From contig CAVXUE010000006.1 in assembly GCA_963764845.1 (NCBI GenBank), positions 1,199,955 to 1,263,954 on the forward strand: 64,000 bases of DNA. Reading direction: 5' to 3'. The notes beneath the pieces were generated by a model, which saw only the letters and a program-made list of their open reading frames with translations, searched no databases and was not told where the DNA came from. The position numbers and the translations under genes are program-made. This document shows positions 42,987 to 52,957 of the stretch, one piece after another. The stretch comes from Terriglobia bacterium (GTDB taxonomy: Bacteria; Acidobacteriota; Terriglobia; Bryobacterales; Bryobacteraceae). Each line of letters opens with the position of its first letter. The first letter of the stretch is position 1.

Positions 42987-45047
42987 ATGTTGACCGTGGA
43001 CACCCAGCGCGTACGCCGGCAACTCGATCGGATACTGGCCGGCACGGCTTTCGCCGAAGCGGGTCGAGCCGGACGTTTCCTGCGTCATGTGGTCGAGCGC
43101 AAGCTGGAAGGCCGCGACGGCGAGATCAAGGAATCGACAATCGCCATCGAAGTCCTCGGGCGAAACACGTCCTTCGACTCAAAGTCCGATCCGATTGTGC
43201 GCGTGGAGGCGGGACGGCTGCGAGACCGGCTCGGTGCTTATTACGAGGCGGAGGGCGGTGCGGATCCGATCCTGATTTCGTTGCCGAAAGGCCGCTATGT
43301 GCCCGAGTTCACCGAGCGGCGGCTGGTGCAGTCATCCGGGGCGGGCGTGCTCCGGCTCTCGATATTGCCGCCGGAAAACGCCACATTCGAATCCTTTGCG
43401 GTCTCTCCGAACGGCCGCAACCTCGCGTTCACGGCGGCCCTGAACGGAAGGATCATGCTGTGGGTCCGGGCGCTGGATTTGCTCGAGGCGAAACTTCTGG
43501 CGGGAACGGATAATGCAGCCTGGCCGTTCTGGTCGCCCGACAGCCGGTCCATCGGATTCTTCGTGCCGAACAAGCTTAAGGCGATCGAAATCGGCGGAGG
43601 TCCGGCGCGGGAGATTGCGGATGTGGTTGTAGGTAAAGGCGCCGCGTGGAGCCCGGCCGGAGTGATCCTGTTCTGCCCGCGCCCCATCGGCAGCCTGTAC
43701 CAGGTCTCGGACGCCGGTGGTTCGCCGGTTCCTGTCACGTCTCTCAATGAGTCGCGCGCGGAGATTGCGCATGGATTCCCGCAGTTTCTGCCGGACGGCC
43801 GTTCCTTTTTGTATCTGGCGGCCTGTTCGCGCCCCGGCGCCTCATCGATTCGCGCCGGCTCGCTCGATTCGGGCAGCTCGAAAGTGCTCGTAAGCGCCGA
43901 CGCCAGCGCGGCATACGCTCCGGTTCTGAGCGGCCACCGGCCGTCCCTGCTGTTCGTGCACGACGGCGCATTGATCGCGCAGCCGTTTGACTGGCAGAAT
44001 CTGGAGCTGAGCGGAGAACGGGCGGTAATTGTTCCGGAAGTCGGCTACCAGCGTTGGAATCAGGCCAGGTTCTCCGTTTCGAGCAAAGGGGTCCTGTTGT
44101 ATCAGGCAGGCTGTGCGGAGAATCTCCAGCTCACCTGGTTGGACAGGCAGGGCAAGCCAATATCCGCGGCGGGCCCGCGCAATGACTATCTTTCGATCAA
44201 TCTTTCGCCGGATGAGCGGTACGTGTCCGTGAACAGACACGATGATCCGGACACCGTCCTGCCTACGATTTGGATCATGGACCTCCTCCGCGAAAACGCC
44301 GTCTTCCGTATCACCGATGCGGATCTCGCCGTGCCCGAATTGAGTGCCGTTTGGGCCGGGGGCTGCAGCGAGATTTTGTTCAGCCGCGGAAGCGACCGCC
44401 GCATGGGCCTCTTCCGCCAGGTACTCAGCGGTGGAGCCGCCAGGTGCGTGCTCGACACGGAGGGTCCCAAGTTTCCGACGCATTGGTCGTCCGACGGGCA
44501 GTTCGTTGCATACACCTCCCAGCTCCCCGATTATCGGAACCTTCACACTTGGGTCGCGACGCTCGGTGGGGGGCAGGAGGAGGCGAACGCGCATCCGTTT
44601 CTCAAACACTCCTTTCAGGAGATCAACGCGGAGTTTTCACCGGCGCACGGCGGCGAGGCACCGCGATGGGTCGCAAACGCGTCGAATGAAACCGGGAGAT
44701 TCGAGATCTATGTTCGGGATTTTCCCGGTGGGGATCACAAGTGGCAGATATCGAGTCAGGGCGGCGTGCAACCGCATTGGCGCCGCGATGGGCGGGAGCT
44801 CGTCTATCTTTCGCTGGATGGAATGCTGATGTCGGTCGCCGTGGATGATCCGGCAGGTCGTGCCATCGGTACCACGTTCGAATTCGGACCTCCGCAACCG
44901 TTGTTTGCGACGGGCCTTCGGTTCCTGACCCGGAATCGCGTTTGGATGAATCAATATGACCTGTCGCGAGACGGGCAGCGGTTCCTGGTGAACCGGCAGG
45001 TTCGGGAAGCCACGCAGGGTGCTATCACCGCGGTGATTCCCTGGTAG
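42987..45047 (+). CDS. TolB-like/PD40 beta-propeller protein with a ~105-aa N-terminal regulatory-type module
   Basis: Intact 686 aa. N-terminus RFLRHVVERKLEG..IKESTIAIEVLGR..FDSKSDPIVRVEAGRLRDRLGAYYE..LPKGRYVPEF. Then repeated SPDGR/SPDSR/SSDGQ propeller motifs. Confidence 0.7.
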   Translation: MLTVDTQRVRRQLDRILAGTAFAEAGRAGRFLRHVVERKLEGRDGEIKESTIAIEVLGRNTSFDSKSDPIVRVEAGRLRDRLGAYYEAEGGADPILISLPKGRYVPEFTERRLVQSSGAGVLRLSILPPENATFESFAVSPNGRNLAFTAALNGRIMLWVRALDLLEAKLLAGTDNAAWPFWSPDSRSIGFFVPNKLKAIEIGGGPAREIADVVVGKGAAWSPAGVILFCPRPIGSLYQVSDAGGSPVPVTSLNESRAEIAHGFPQFLPDGRSFLYLAACSRPGASSIRAGSLDSGSSKVLVSADASAAYAPVLSGHRPSLLFVHDGALIAQPFDWQNLELSGERAVIVPEVGYQRWNQARFSVSSKGVLLYQAGCAENLQLTWLDRQGKPISAAGPRNDYLSINLSPDERYVSVNRHDDPDTVLPTIWIMDLLRENAVFRITDADLAVPELSAVWAGGCSEILFSRGSDRRMGLFRQVLSGGAARCVLDTEGPKFPTHWSSDGQFVAYTSQLPDYRNLHTWVATLGGGQEEANAHPFLKHSFQEINAEFSPAHGGEAPRWVANASNETGRFEIYVRDFPGGDHKWQISSQGGVQPHWRRDGRELVYLSLDGMLMSVAVDDPAGRAIGTTFEFGPPQPLFATGLRFLTRNRVWMNQYDLSRDGQRFLVNRQVREATQGAITAVIPW

Positions 45048-45249
45048 ATCGCCGTCGTGGAACTGAGTAATTGGAACGCGCTGTGAACGTCACTGATTTC
45101 CGTCCGATGCGGCGGCGAGATCGCCCAAAGAAGACTTCTCAGGGTGGCTGACGATCCACTCGAAATGCGCGCACAAACTTCCGTGAGTTGCGCGTTTCCC
45201 GGCAGGCTGACGGGATGGCGACATACCAGGACCGAATCCGGTGGATGCC

Positions 45250-45770
45250 CGCTCGGCCGGTATTCGGAACGGGTGCGCGACATAAAAGTTGGAGCATTTG
45301 CGAATTGGCCGCCCGAGCGTATCAGGACGCAAGGCTGGTGGAGATGCGGCTACCAGCCGCGTTCCTCGCTTTTCCTGGCGGAGTCGTGGACTACAGAAGA
45401 GGCCGGATTCTCAGCCTTCGACAAGGTTCTTGATGCCCGCGCCACCGGTCCTCAGTGATCGGCGCCCTATATGCAGGGCAAGAGAAAGGCTTCTACGAAC
45501 TCGGAAGTTGGGTAGTGATGCCCAATCACGTTCATGCACTGATCTGCCCCGTGGGTGATCTTTCTAAAATTGTCTCGGGTATCAAAGTAACCAGCACTAA
45601 TGAGGCGAATCGTTTATTGATAACAACCGGCGCGTTCCGGAGCCGGGACCGTTGCGCACGAAATTCGGCCGAAGAGCGGCGCATTATGAGTTACATCGAG
45701 AACCATCCAGTCAAAGCGGGATTGTGCCGCTGTGCGAGCGCGTCGGGAGCTACAGAACGCGGCTGATAGC
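45250..45770 (+). mobile_element. IS200/IS605-type Y1 (HUH) transposase / RAYT-like gene, degraded or error-ridden
   Basis: HUH motif WVVMPNHVHALI and C-terminal YIENHPVKAGL. Upstream FDKVLDARATGP lies in another frame and the catalytic Tyr region is not readable. Sits in a lower-GC stretch. Confidence 0.55.
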
Positions 45771-45882
45771 CGCATCTCCATGCGGAAAATCCCTTTTCAT
45801 GTCCCACACCCATTCGGAACTCCTATATGGTGTTCGCGCTGCCAAAGAAGTAATATTTATAAGATTGCCAAGGAGCATCTCA

Positions 45883-47449
45883 ATGAACCGAAGCCTCACT
45901 CTCCCGCTCTCGGAACTCTGATGGCGGCCGTCTCTCTCGCCGCGATTCCCGATCCTGTCAAGACCGACTCCGGGTCGGTCGCCGGCACGTCCAACACAGA
46001 CGCCAGCGTGCGCATGTTTAAAGGCATTCCCTTCGCGGCTCCGCCGGTCGGCGATTTGCGGTGGAAAGTCGCACAGCCCCCGGCCAAGTGGGACGGCGTG
46101 AAGATGGCAACGGAGTTCAGTCCGACATGCGCCAACGGAGCGGGCGGCGGACGAGGAGGGCGAGGACGCGGCGGCGCACCCGGAGGCGCAGCCAGGGGCG
46201 GAGCTCCGGCAGGTCCCGGCGCCCAGCGAGGATTGCCTGTACCTCAACGTATGGACGCCCGCGAAATCGGCCGGAGACAAGCTGCCGGTGATGATCTGGA
46301 CCTATGGCGGCGGGTTCACCGGCGGTTCCGGTTCGGATATCTGGTATGACGGCGAGGCCCTGGCCAAGAAGGGAGTGGTGGTGGTGACGTACAACTACCG
46401 CCTGGGCACGTTCGGTTTCTTCGCGCATCCCGACCTGGTTGCCGAATCCCCCCACCACACGACCGGCAACTATGCCATGACCGATATGCTGGCGGCTCTG
46501 CACTGGGTGCAGAAGAACATCGCGGCTTTCGGCGGCGATCCGCGCAAGGTGACGATCGACGGCGAATCCGCGGGAGCGATCGCGGTCGCGGCGATGGTCG
46601 GCTCGCCTGAGGCGAAGGGATTGTTCATTCGCGCCGCGGCGCAAAGCGGCGCGTGGATGGGCCTCAGCATCGCGAAGCAGAAGACCATGGCCGAAGCGGA
46701 AGCCCAGGGCAAGACGGCGGCGGGAACGCACTCCATCGCCGAATTGCGAGCGATGTCGACGGCGGACGTTTCCCAGAACCTGCGGGGCGTCTCAGCCGGG
46801 ATGATCGTCGATGGCTGGATCATTCCCGAAGACCAATCGATCACTTTTGCGAAGGGCAAGCAGAACGCACGTGGATATTCTGGTCGGGTCGAATCGCGAT
46901 GAGGGCACTTTCTTCGGCGGCGGCAACGTGACGGCGGAGCAGGCGAAGACGCGGGCGGAGAAAACCTTCGGCAGTCTGGCGCCGGACTTCCTCAAGCTGT
47001 GGCCGGCGTCGACTGATGCGGAAGCCTCTGCGTCCGGCCTGGCGCGCAGCCGCGACGAGGTCGGCTGGCACATGCGCACCTGGGCGGAGCTGCAAACGAA
47101 GAAGGGCCGCAAGGCGTACGTGTACTACTTCACGCACGTGCCTCCGGGCAGCGGCGCTCGCGGCGCGTCCCACACGGCGGAGATCAGCTACATGTACGGA
47201 AATCCCCGGGGCGCGGTATGGACGGATGAGGACAAGAAGCTGTCGGACATGATGACTTCGTATTGGGCCAACTTCATCGCCACCGGCGACCCCAACGGCA
47301 AGAGCCTTCCGAAGTGGGACGCGTACAACATGAAGACCAACGACGGAAAGGCCATGGTGCTGGGAGATACGGTCGAGTTCGGACCGCAAATCGACGTCCC
47401 GCTGCTGGCGTTTTTCGACAAGTTTTACGCGATAGAGCAGACGAAGTAG
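45883..47449 (+). CDS. Carboxylesterase type B (para-nitrobenzyl esterase-like), interrupted
   Basis: aaggag RBS, signal peptide, FKGIPFAAPPVGDLRW, EDCLYLNVWTP, GGGFTGGSG, GESAGA, NRDEGTFF. At least 3 frame changes. Confidence 0.85.
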
Positions 47450-47647
47450 CAGATTTGCCGATTTCTCACCGATAGGCGCCTTTGCGATTCGCGGACCTCC
47501 TGGGTCCGCGCTCACGGAAATCACAGGGGGAGCGTATAGTCGGCATCTCGTTGACCGGGGCATCGGTGCCGACGGCCCAGGATACGGCATTCCGGGAGAT
47601 CACCTGTCGACGTCTCCGAGAGCGCGGCGGACAGGCTTGATACCGGG

Positions 47648-47890
47648 ATGCTGCCGCGCGCGTGGCTCTCGGAAACGCTCCTGCGATCGAGTGCGTTGCT
47701 GCGGCTCGAAAACAGGCGCGGTCGGAACGTTTATATCCGGCCGCGGGGTGAGCACCACCTTGGTCCGGTCGACGACAGTCTGGTCGACGACCTGTCGAAA
47801 TCGGCGATTGAGCGAATGAAGGCTGAAGGTTTCGTCAGGTACGCGTACTCAAGTTACGTCCGAGTAACTCCGGCGTACTCCCCGGCAGGT
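47648..47890 (+). pseudogene. Fragment resembling the N-terminal region of an IncQ RepB'-type primase
   Basis: AWLSETLLRSSALLRLENRRGRNVYIRPRGEHH..VDDLSKSAIERMKAEGF compared with RSF1010 RepB' EWSAAEVLQNTPWLKRMNAQGNDVYIRPAEQERHGLVLVDDLSEFDLDDMKAEG (recalled from memory). The catalytic remainder is absent because the next gene starts at 47934. Confidence 0.45.
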
Positions 47891-47933
47891 GGTTTTTCGT
47901 GCCATTCTCAGGCTGCGACGGGAGGGACAATCG

Positions 47934-49160
47934 ATGGCGGGCTCAAAAGGAACGTGCTGTATCGTGGGCGGAGGACCAGCCGGGATGATGCTGGGGTACC
48001 TGCTGGCACGGGCGGGAATCGAGGTCCTGGTCCTTGAGAAGCACGCTGATTTCCTGCGCGACTTCCGTGGCGACACAGTTCATCCCTCGACGCTCGAAGT
48101 GGTGCACGAGCTCGGCCTGCTGGATGAGTTTCTAAAGCGGCCGCATCAAAAGCAGCTCAGCGAGGTCCGCGCTCGGATAGGACGCGATGAAATCCTGTTG
48201 GGCGATTTTTCCCTCCTCTCGACGCACTGCCGTTTCATGGTGATGATGCCGCAGTGGGAGTTTCTCGATTTCCTGGCCGAACAAGCGCGACGCTATCCCA
48301 CATTCCACCTCAGAATGGAAACCGAGGTTACCGGCCTGGTCGAAGAGGATGGGAAGGTTGTGGGTGTGCGGGGGAACTCTCCGGCTGGTCCGCTGGAGGT
48401 GCGTGCGACCCTGGTGGTGGGCGCCGATGGCCGCAGTTCCGTTGTCCGCGACTACTCCGGCTTGCCGGTTGAGGACCTGGGCGCTCCCACAGATGTGATC
48501 TGGATGCGGTTGTCCAGGCGCGAGGACGACCCGGATGTGGCCTTATACGCCGATCGCGGCAAAGCCCTGTTCCTGACCGACCGCGGAGACTATTGGCAGT
48601 GCGGTGTTCCGGCTCCAAAAGCAGCTATGGCGGAGATGCAGGCAAAAGGCATCGAAGAGTTTCGTGCGTCGATTGTCGAGCTGGCGCCGTTCCTCCAGGA
48701 CCGGGTTGGGGAGCTTCGCGATTGGAACGATTTGAAACTGTTGAGCGTGAGAGTGGATCGCCTGCGCCAGTGGCATCGCCCCGGCCTGGTGTGCATCGGC
48801 GATGCGGCTCACGCCATGTCTCCCGTAGGAGGCGTGGGGATCAATCTTGCCATTCAGGACGCGGTCGCGGCGGCCAATATTCTGGCGGGACCCCTTCGCA
48901 AGGGCGCCCTCGGCGCAGACGATCTCGCGAAGATCCAGCGCCGCCGTGCGTTCCCCACGCGGGTTACGCAGCGCGTGCAGGCATTGATCCAGAAACGAAT
49001 CGCCGGGCGCGGCCTCGGCAATCCGGGACCAACACGGCTCCCGTGGCTTCTCCGGCTGATGGAGCGTACAACACTTCCGCGCAGGCTTCGCAACCGCGTG
49101 ATCCCGGTTGGCATCCGCCCCGAGCACGTGAAAACCCCCGACGTTTTGAAACCCGCTTAG
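47934..49160 (+). CDS. FAD-dependent monooxygenase (UbiH/aromatic-ring hydroxylase-like)
   Basis: Intact. IVGGGPAGMMLGYLLARAG, GADGRSS, GDAAHAMSPVGGVGINLAIQDA. Confidence 0.85.
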   Translation: MAGSKGTCCIVGGGPAGMMLGYLLARAGIEVLVLEKHADFLRDFRGDTVHPSTLEVVHELGLLDEFLKRPHQKQLSEVRARIGRDEILLGDFSLLSTHCRFMVMMPQWEFLDFLAEQARRYPTFHLRMETEVTGLVEEDGKVVGVRGNSPAGPLEVRATLVVGADGRSSVVRDYSGLPVEDLGAPTDVIWMRLSRREDDPDVALYADRGKALFLTDRGDYWQCGVPAPKAAMAEMQAKGIEEFRASIVELAPFLQDRVGELRDWNDLKLLSVRVDRLRQWHRPGLVCIGDAAHAMSPVGGVGINLAIQDAVAAANILAGPLRKGALGADDLAKIQRRRAFPTRVTQRVQALIQKRIAGRGLGNPGPTRLPWLLRLMERTTLPRRLRNRVIPVGIRPEHVKTPDVLKPA

Positions 49161-49354
49161 CCGGCGCCGTGAGCGTTCCAATGCAGGATAGAACCGCCAT
49201 AACGACGACAAGCTTAGCTCCCGTTTGTCGGGTGCCCGGAAGTCATTGGCCGAGGCTTCGTTCGAAGTCCGTAAGCGCCACTCCGTCACTCGCGATTCAC
49301 CGGAACTCGCGCCAGATCCTGGAACATCGGAAACCAGGCATACGTATCCTCAAC

Positions 49355-50578
49355 ATGAATCCGCATTTCGTTGGCAAGAGCCATGCCTGGTGGGCAACCT
49401 CAGCGATTGTTTGGGTCCTTGCCGCCGGAACCGGTTCAGCACAATCGTTGGCGATCTCGGGTGCCGTTGCATACACGAGTGCGTCGGCTGCGCCAATCGC
49501 TCCGGCCACGGTTCTGGCAAAAGATGGGCGAATCGTCGCGGTTGGCAGCCAGGTTCACATTCCGCCCGGTTACGACGTGATTCGATGCGAGGGCTGCACC
49601 ATCGTGGCGGGGTTTTGGAACAGCCATGTCCATTTCACGGAACCGAAGTGGGATGCCGCCGACAAACAGCCGGCCGGGAAGCTGAGCGACCAACTGCGAT
49701 CTATGCTGACCGGGTCGGGCTTTACCACTGTTGTTGACACCGCCTCAGTCCTGGCGAACACGATCGCCCTCCGGCGGCGAATCGATTCCGGTGAGGTGTC
49801 TGGTCCTCGAATTCTGACGGCAGGCCAGCCTGTCTTTCCACCGGACGGCATCCCCTACTATGTGAAAGACTCGCTGTCTCCCGAATTGCTCCGGAGCCTG
49901 GTTCCGCCGAGGGATCCCCGCGAGGCAGTGGCGGCCGTGGACGCCGACATTCGGGGAGGCGCCGACATCATCAAGCTGTTCACCGGGTCGTGGGTTACGC
50001 GCGGGAAGGTCTTGCCGATGCCTGAACAGATCGCGACAGCGGCCGTGAGAGCGGCGCATCGGAGCGGGCGGCTGGTCTATTCTCATTCCTCAAACCTGGC
50101 GGGGACGGAGGTCGCGATTTTGAGCCACGTGGATGTTCTTGCGCATGCGCCCGAGGACACTCGCGGCATTGACGACACACTCCTGAAGAAAGCGGTAGCT
50201 CAAGGGATGACCATGATCCCGACCTTGAAACTGTTTAGCGGAGACGACAATATCGCGGAGATTCGGCGCGTGGTCCGGAAGTTTCACGAACTCGGAGGCA
50301 GCCTGGTCTTCGGCACCGACACGGGTTACCTGACTGACTACGAGGTTGCCGGGGAATTCGAGCAGTTGGCCAGGGCCGGCTTCTCCTGGTCCGATACCCT
50401 GCGCATGCTTACGGAGAACCCGGCGCGGCTGTTCAAAGACCAGAACAGAGGTCGGATCGCACCTGGAATGATCGCCGACCTTACTGTTCTCGAAGGCGAC
50501 CCCGCGACCGACCCATCCGCCTTTTCCAAGGTTCGATACACGATCAGGAACGGGCGTGTCATCGCAGCGTCCCGCTAA
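49355..50578 (+). CDS. Amidohydrolase family protein, secreted
   Basis: Intact. Signal peptide, GFWNSHVHF (HxH), VLAHAPED, FGTDTGY. Confidence 0.8.
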   Translation: MNPHFVGKSHAWWATSAIVWVLAAGTGSAQSLAISGAVAYTSASAAPIAPATVLAKDGRIVAVGSQVHIPPGYDVIRCEGCTIVAGFWNSHVHFTEPKWDAADKQPAGKLSDQLRSMLTGSGFTTVVDTASVLANTIALRRRIDSGEVSGPRILTAGQPVFPPDGIPYYVKDSLSPELLRSLVPPRDPREAVAAVDADIRGGADIIKLFTGSWVTRGKVLPMPEQIATAAVRAAHRSGRLVYSHSSNLAGTEVAILSHVDVLAHAPEDTRGIDDTLLKKAVAQGMTMIPTLKLFSGDDNIAEIRRVVRKFHELGGSLVFGTDTGYLTDYEVAGEFEQLARAGFSWSDTLRMLTENPARLFKDQNRGRIAPGMIADLTVLEGDPATDPSAFSKVRYTIRNGRVIAASR

Positions 50579-50588
50579 GGGCTATCGG

Positions 50589-51119
50589 TTATTTATCGGT
50601 ACTGTTTCTCATCGGCCGCTCGCGTTCCACGATCTCCATCTGCCCCAGGTGGTTCAGGTCATGTCCGGCATATATCCTGACGATATGGGCAATTGATTCC
50701 TTGCCTCGCTGCTCATGCATGCCATAGTTCTCCCACAACTTTTTAGGCAGGGCTTTGAGCATGACCAGGTTGCGGGCACGCAGCACCTGAAAGAATTCCA
50801 GGGATTCTTTGGCATCCCGGTGAGTATAGTCGAAAGTTTCCGCCCAGACATCCTGGTCGTATGCCTGGATGGGAGCGCCATTGTTGCCCGCGATTTGACG
50901 CAGCCGCCAGGCAACCACGATTTCGCTATCCGCCAGGTGGGCCATGATTTCGCCGATTGACCATTTACCCGGCGACGGCTTTCGTGTGAGCTGTTTCCGG
51001 CTTAACCCGCGAATCAGACCCGCAAGTTTCTTTGGCGTCTCGCGTAACACTTTCAAAGGGTCCTTACCCTCGATATGGCCCAGAAGGCGTCGAGTGTACT
51101 GCTGTGGCGTCTCATGCAT
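50589..51119 (-). CDS. DinB-family protein
   Basis: Intact 176 aa. WSIGEIMAHLADSE and YAGHDLNHLGQ His positions. Confidence 0.7.
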   Translation of the reverse strand: MHETPQQYTRRLLGHIEGKDPLKVLRETPKKLAGLIRGLSRKQLTRKPSPGKWSIGEIMAHLADSEIVVAWRLRQIAGNNGAPIQAYDQDVWAETFDYTHRDAKESLEFFQVLRARNLVMLKALPKKLWENYGMHEQRGKESIAHIVRIYAGHDLNHLGQMEIVERERPMRNSTDK

Positions 51120-51144
51120 GTGCCGCTCCTCTTCGTTGTGATTC

Positions 51145-51495
51145 TTATTCCAGCTCGAACCCCTCCCACTTCCACCCCGCTATGCCCCCCAGCATCTTCT
51201 TCACTTTTCGATTGAGGCGCGCGAGACGCACTGCCCCTTTATCCGCTCCGTTGCATTGGGGGCCGTTGCAGTAGACCACGAAGGCGGCGTCGGCAGGGAA
51301 TGCGGTGAGGTTGCGCTCGACGATTCGGCCATGGGGCAGGTTGATGGCTCCGGGGACGTGGCCGGCGGCATAAGCATCCGGGCCGCGGACATCCAGGATG
51401 ACGTAATCGGGCTTGCCGGACTTCAGGTCCTCGTGGACATCCCAGCAGTCGGTTTCGAATTCGAGCAGTTTTTCGAAGTGTTCGAGGGTGGTCAT
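51145..51495 (-). CDS. Rhodanese-domain sulfurtransferase
   Basis: Intact. ILDVRGPDAYAAGHVPGAINLP, active-site loop VVYCNGPQCNG. Confidence 0.8.
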   Translation of the reverse strand: MTTLEHFEKLLEFETDCWDVHEDLKSGKPDYVILDVRGPDAYAAGHVPGAINLPHGRIVERNLTAFPADAAFVVYCNGPQCNGADKGAVRLARLNRKVKKMLGGIAGWKWEGFELE

Positions 51496-51566
51496 GGAAT
51501 TACTTTCGCGCGTTTGGGCGCCCGGGGTCGATAGGCAGAAAGGCCAATATGCGCTAAAATCCTGCC

Positions 51567-52562
51567 ATGGCTCTCCGCGATCCGCGCAAGCTTGCCGCCA
51601 TGGCGTATGACGGCATGGGCACGTTCGAGCTGGGAATCGTTTCGGAGGTGTTCGGGCTGTCCCGGCCGGAGCTGAACGTTCCCTGGTATGAGTTCCGCGT
51701 GTTCTCCCTCGACCGCTCGCTGCTGCGGGGCACCGGCGGGATTCGCGTCCAGGCGCCGCATGGGATGGGTGTGCTGCGAAGCGCCGGGACCATCATCGTT
51801 CCCGGCTGGCACGTGGACGAAGCTCCGCCTGAGGCGCTGCTCCGCGGACTGCGGGCGGCGCACGCGGCGGGGGCACGGCTGGTTTCGATCTGCTCCGGCG
51901 CCTTCCTGCTCGCGGCCACGGGGCTGCTCGACGGCAAGCGGGCCACCACGCATTGGCGGTATGCGGAACGGCTGGCCGCGCGTTATCCACGCATTCAGGT
52001 GGAAGCGGACCGCCTGTATGTGGATGAGGGCAGCATTCTCACTTCGGCGGGCAGTGCGGCGGGGATCGACCTGTGTCTGCACATTGTGCGGCGGGACTAT
52101 GGGGCGGAGGTTGCGAACTCGGTGGCGCGGCGCCTGGTGATGCCGCCGCATCGGGATGGCGGGCAGGCTCAATTCGTAGCCGAGCCGCTGCGGGACCGGC
52201 GCGAGGAGTGCCTGGCGCCGCTGCTGGCATGGGCACAGGCGAATCTGGCGCGGGCGCTGCGGGTGGACGATCTGGCACGGCGGGCCGCGATGTCGCCGCG
52301 GACCTTCGCGCGCCAGTTCGTGCGGCAGAATGGCACGACGCCGCACCAGTGGCTGATGCATCAGCGCGTGCTGGCGGCGCAGCGCCGCCTGGAGAAGACG
52401 GCGGAGAGCATCGACCAGGTCGCGGCGGCGGTGGGTCTGGAATCGGCGGCCACGCTGCGGGTTCACTTCGCGCGCGCGTTGGGGATTTCGCCAGTGGCGT
52501 ACCGGCGGCGCTTTTCCACGGCAACGACTGGGCGGATTGAGATTGGGGGGAGGTTCATTTGA
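51567..52562 (+). CDS. GlxA-family transcriptional regulator (DJ-1/PfpI domain + AraC HTH)
   Basis: Intact 331 aa. SICSGAFLLAATGLLDGKRATTHW, MSPRTFARQF, LGISPVAYRRRF. Confidence 0.85.
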   Translation: MALRDPRKLAAMAYDGMGTFELGIVSEVFGLSRPELNVPWYEFRVFSLDRSLLRGTGGIRVQAPHGMGVLRSAGTIIVPGWHVDEAPPEALLRGLRAAHAAGARLVSICSGAFLLAATGLLDGKRATTHWRYAERLAARYPRIQVEADRLYVDEGSILTSAGSAAGIDLCLHIVRRDYGAEVANSVARRLVMPPHRDGGQAQFVAEPLRDRREECLAPLLAWAQANLARALRVDDLARRAAMSPRTFARQFVRQNGTTPHQWLMHQRVLAAQRRLEKTAESIDQVAAAVGLESAATLRVHFARALGISPVAYRRRFSTATTGRIEIGGRFI

Positions 52563-52624
52563 CCGCCGAGCCGGTCGCGAAGCCGCTGTGGCGCCGGATT
52601 TCGACGACCATCGTGTACGCGAAG

Positions 52625-52957
52625 CTACCGCGTCCCTTCCATAACCCTCCGCAGGATACCGTTGATCCGGGTCGAATAGCCCTTACCGTACTTCATGAGC
52701 CAATCGTAAACCTCTTTATCGAGGCGAGCGGCAACCAGCACCTTGGGAGCGCGGCGAAACTGCGCCAATTGCTCGTCGGTCAGGGGAGGGATGTCCGAAT
52801 AGTCAATTCCGGAATCATCTCCCGCGGCTGGCCTCTGCCCGATCCGGGACAAGACATCCTTCTGTGCTTTACTCACCGGTTTGCTGAAGATAGATTCGGC
52901 GCTCACGCTTGTTTGCTTCGCGGGCCGGGATGATACGGATGATTTCTTCTTCGTCAT
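52625..52957 (-). CDS. brnA: BrnA-family antitoxin (second copy)
   Basis: LDKEVYDWLMKYGKGYSTRINGILRRVM. ATG 52957 would overlap brnT by 89 nt. An alternative GTG at 52877 overlaps the brnT stop and gives 84 aa. Confidence 0.7.
   Translation of the reverse strand: MTKKKSSVSSRPAKQTSVSAESIFSKPVSKAQKDVLSRIGQRPAAGDDSGIDYSDIPPLTDEQLAQFRRAPKVLVAARLDKEVYDWLMKYGKGYSTRINGILRRVMEGTR

Noticed and set aside
46132-46225. A Gly/Arg/Ala low-complexity stretch (GAGGGRGGRGRGGAPGGAARGGAPAG), considered as a possible repeat or insertion
   Set aside because: It falls in the variable loop between the conserved Cys and the EDCLYLNV block of type B carboxylesterases. There is also a frame change next to it, so its exact reading is unreliable.
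48593-49354. A 254-codon N-terminal extension of the amidohydrolase ORF
   Set aside because: The extension overlaps the 3' end of the intact monooxygenase gene and is Arg/Pro/Gly-rich. A proper signal peptide begins at ATG 49355.
51492-52466. A 324-aa minus-strand ORF over the GlxA regulator
   Set aside because: It is antisense to an intact DJ-1/AraC gene and has an Arg/Pro-rich shadow composition.
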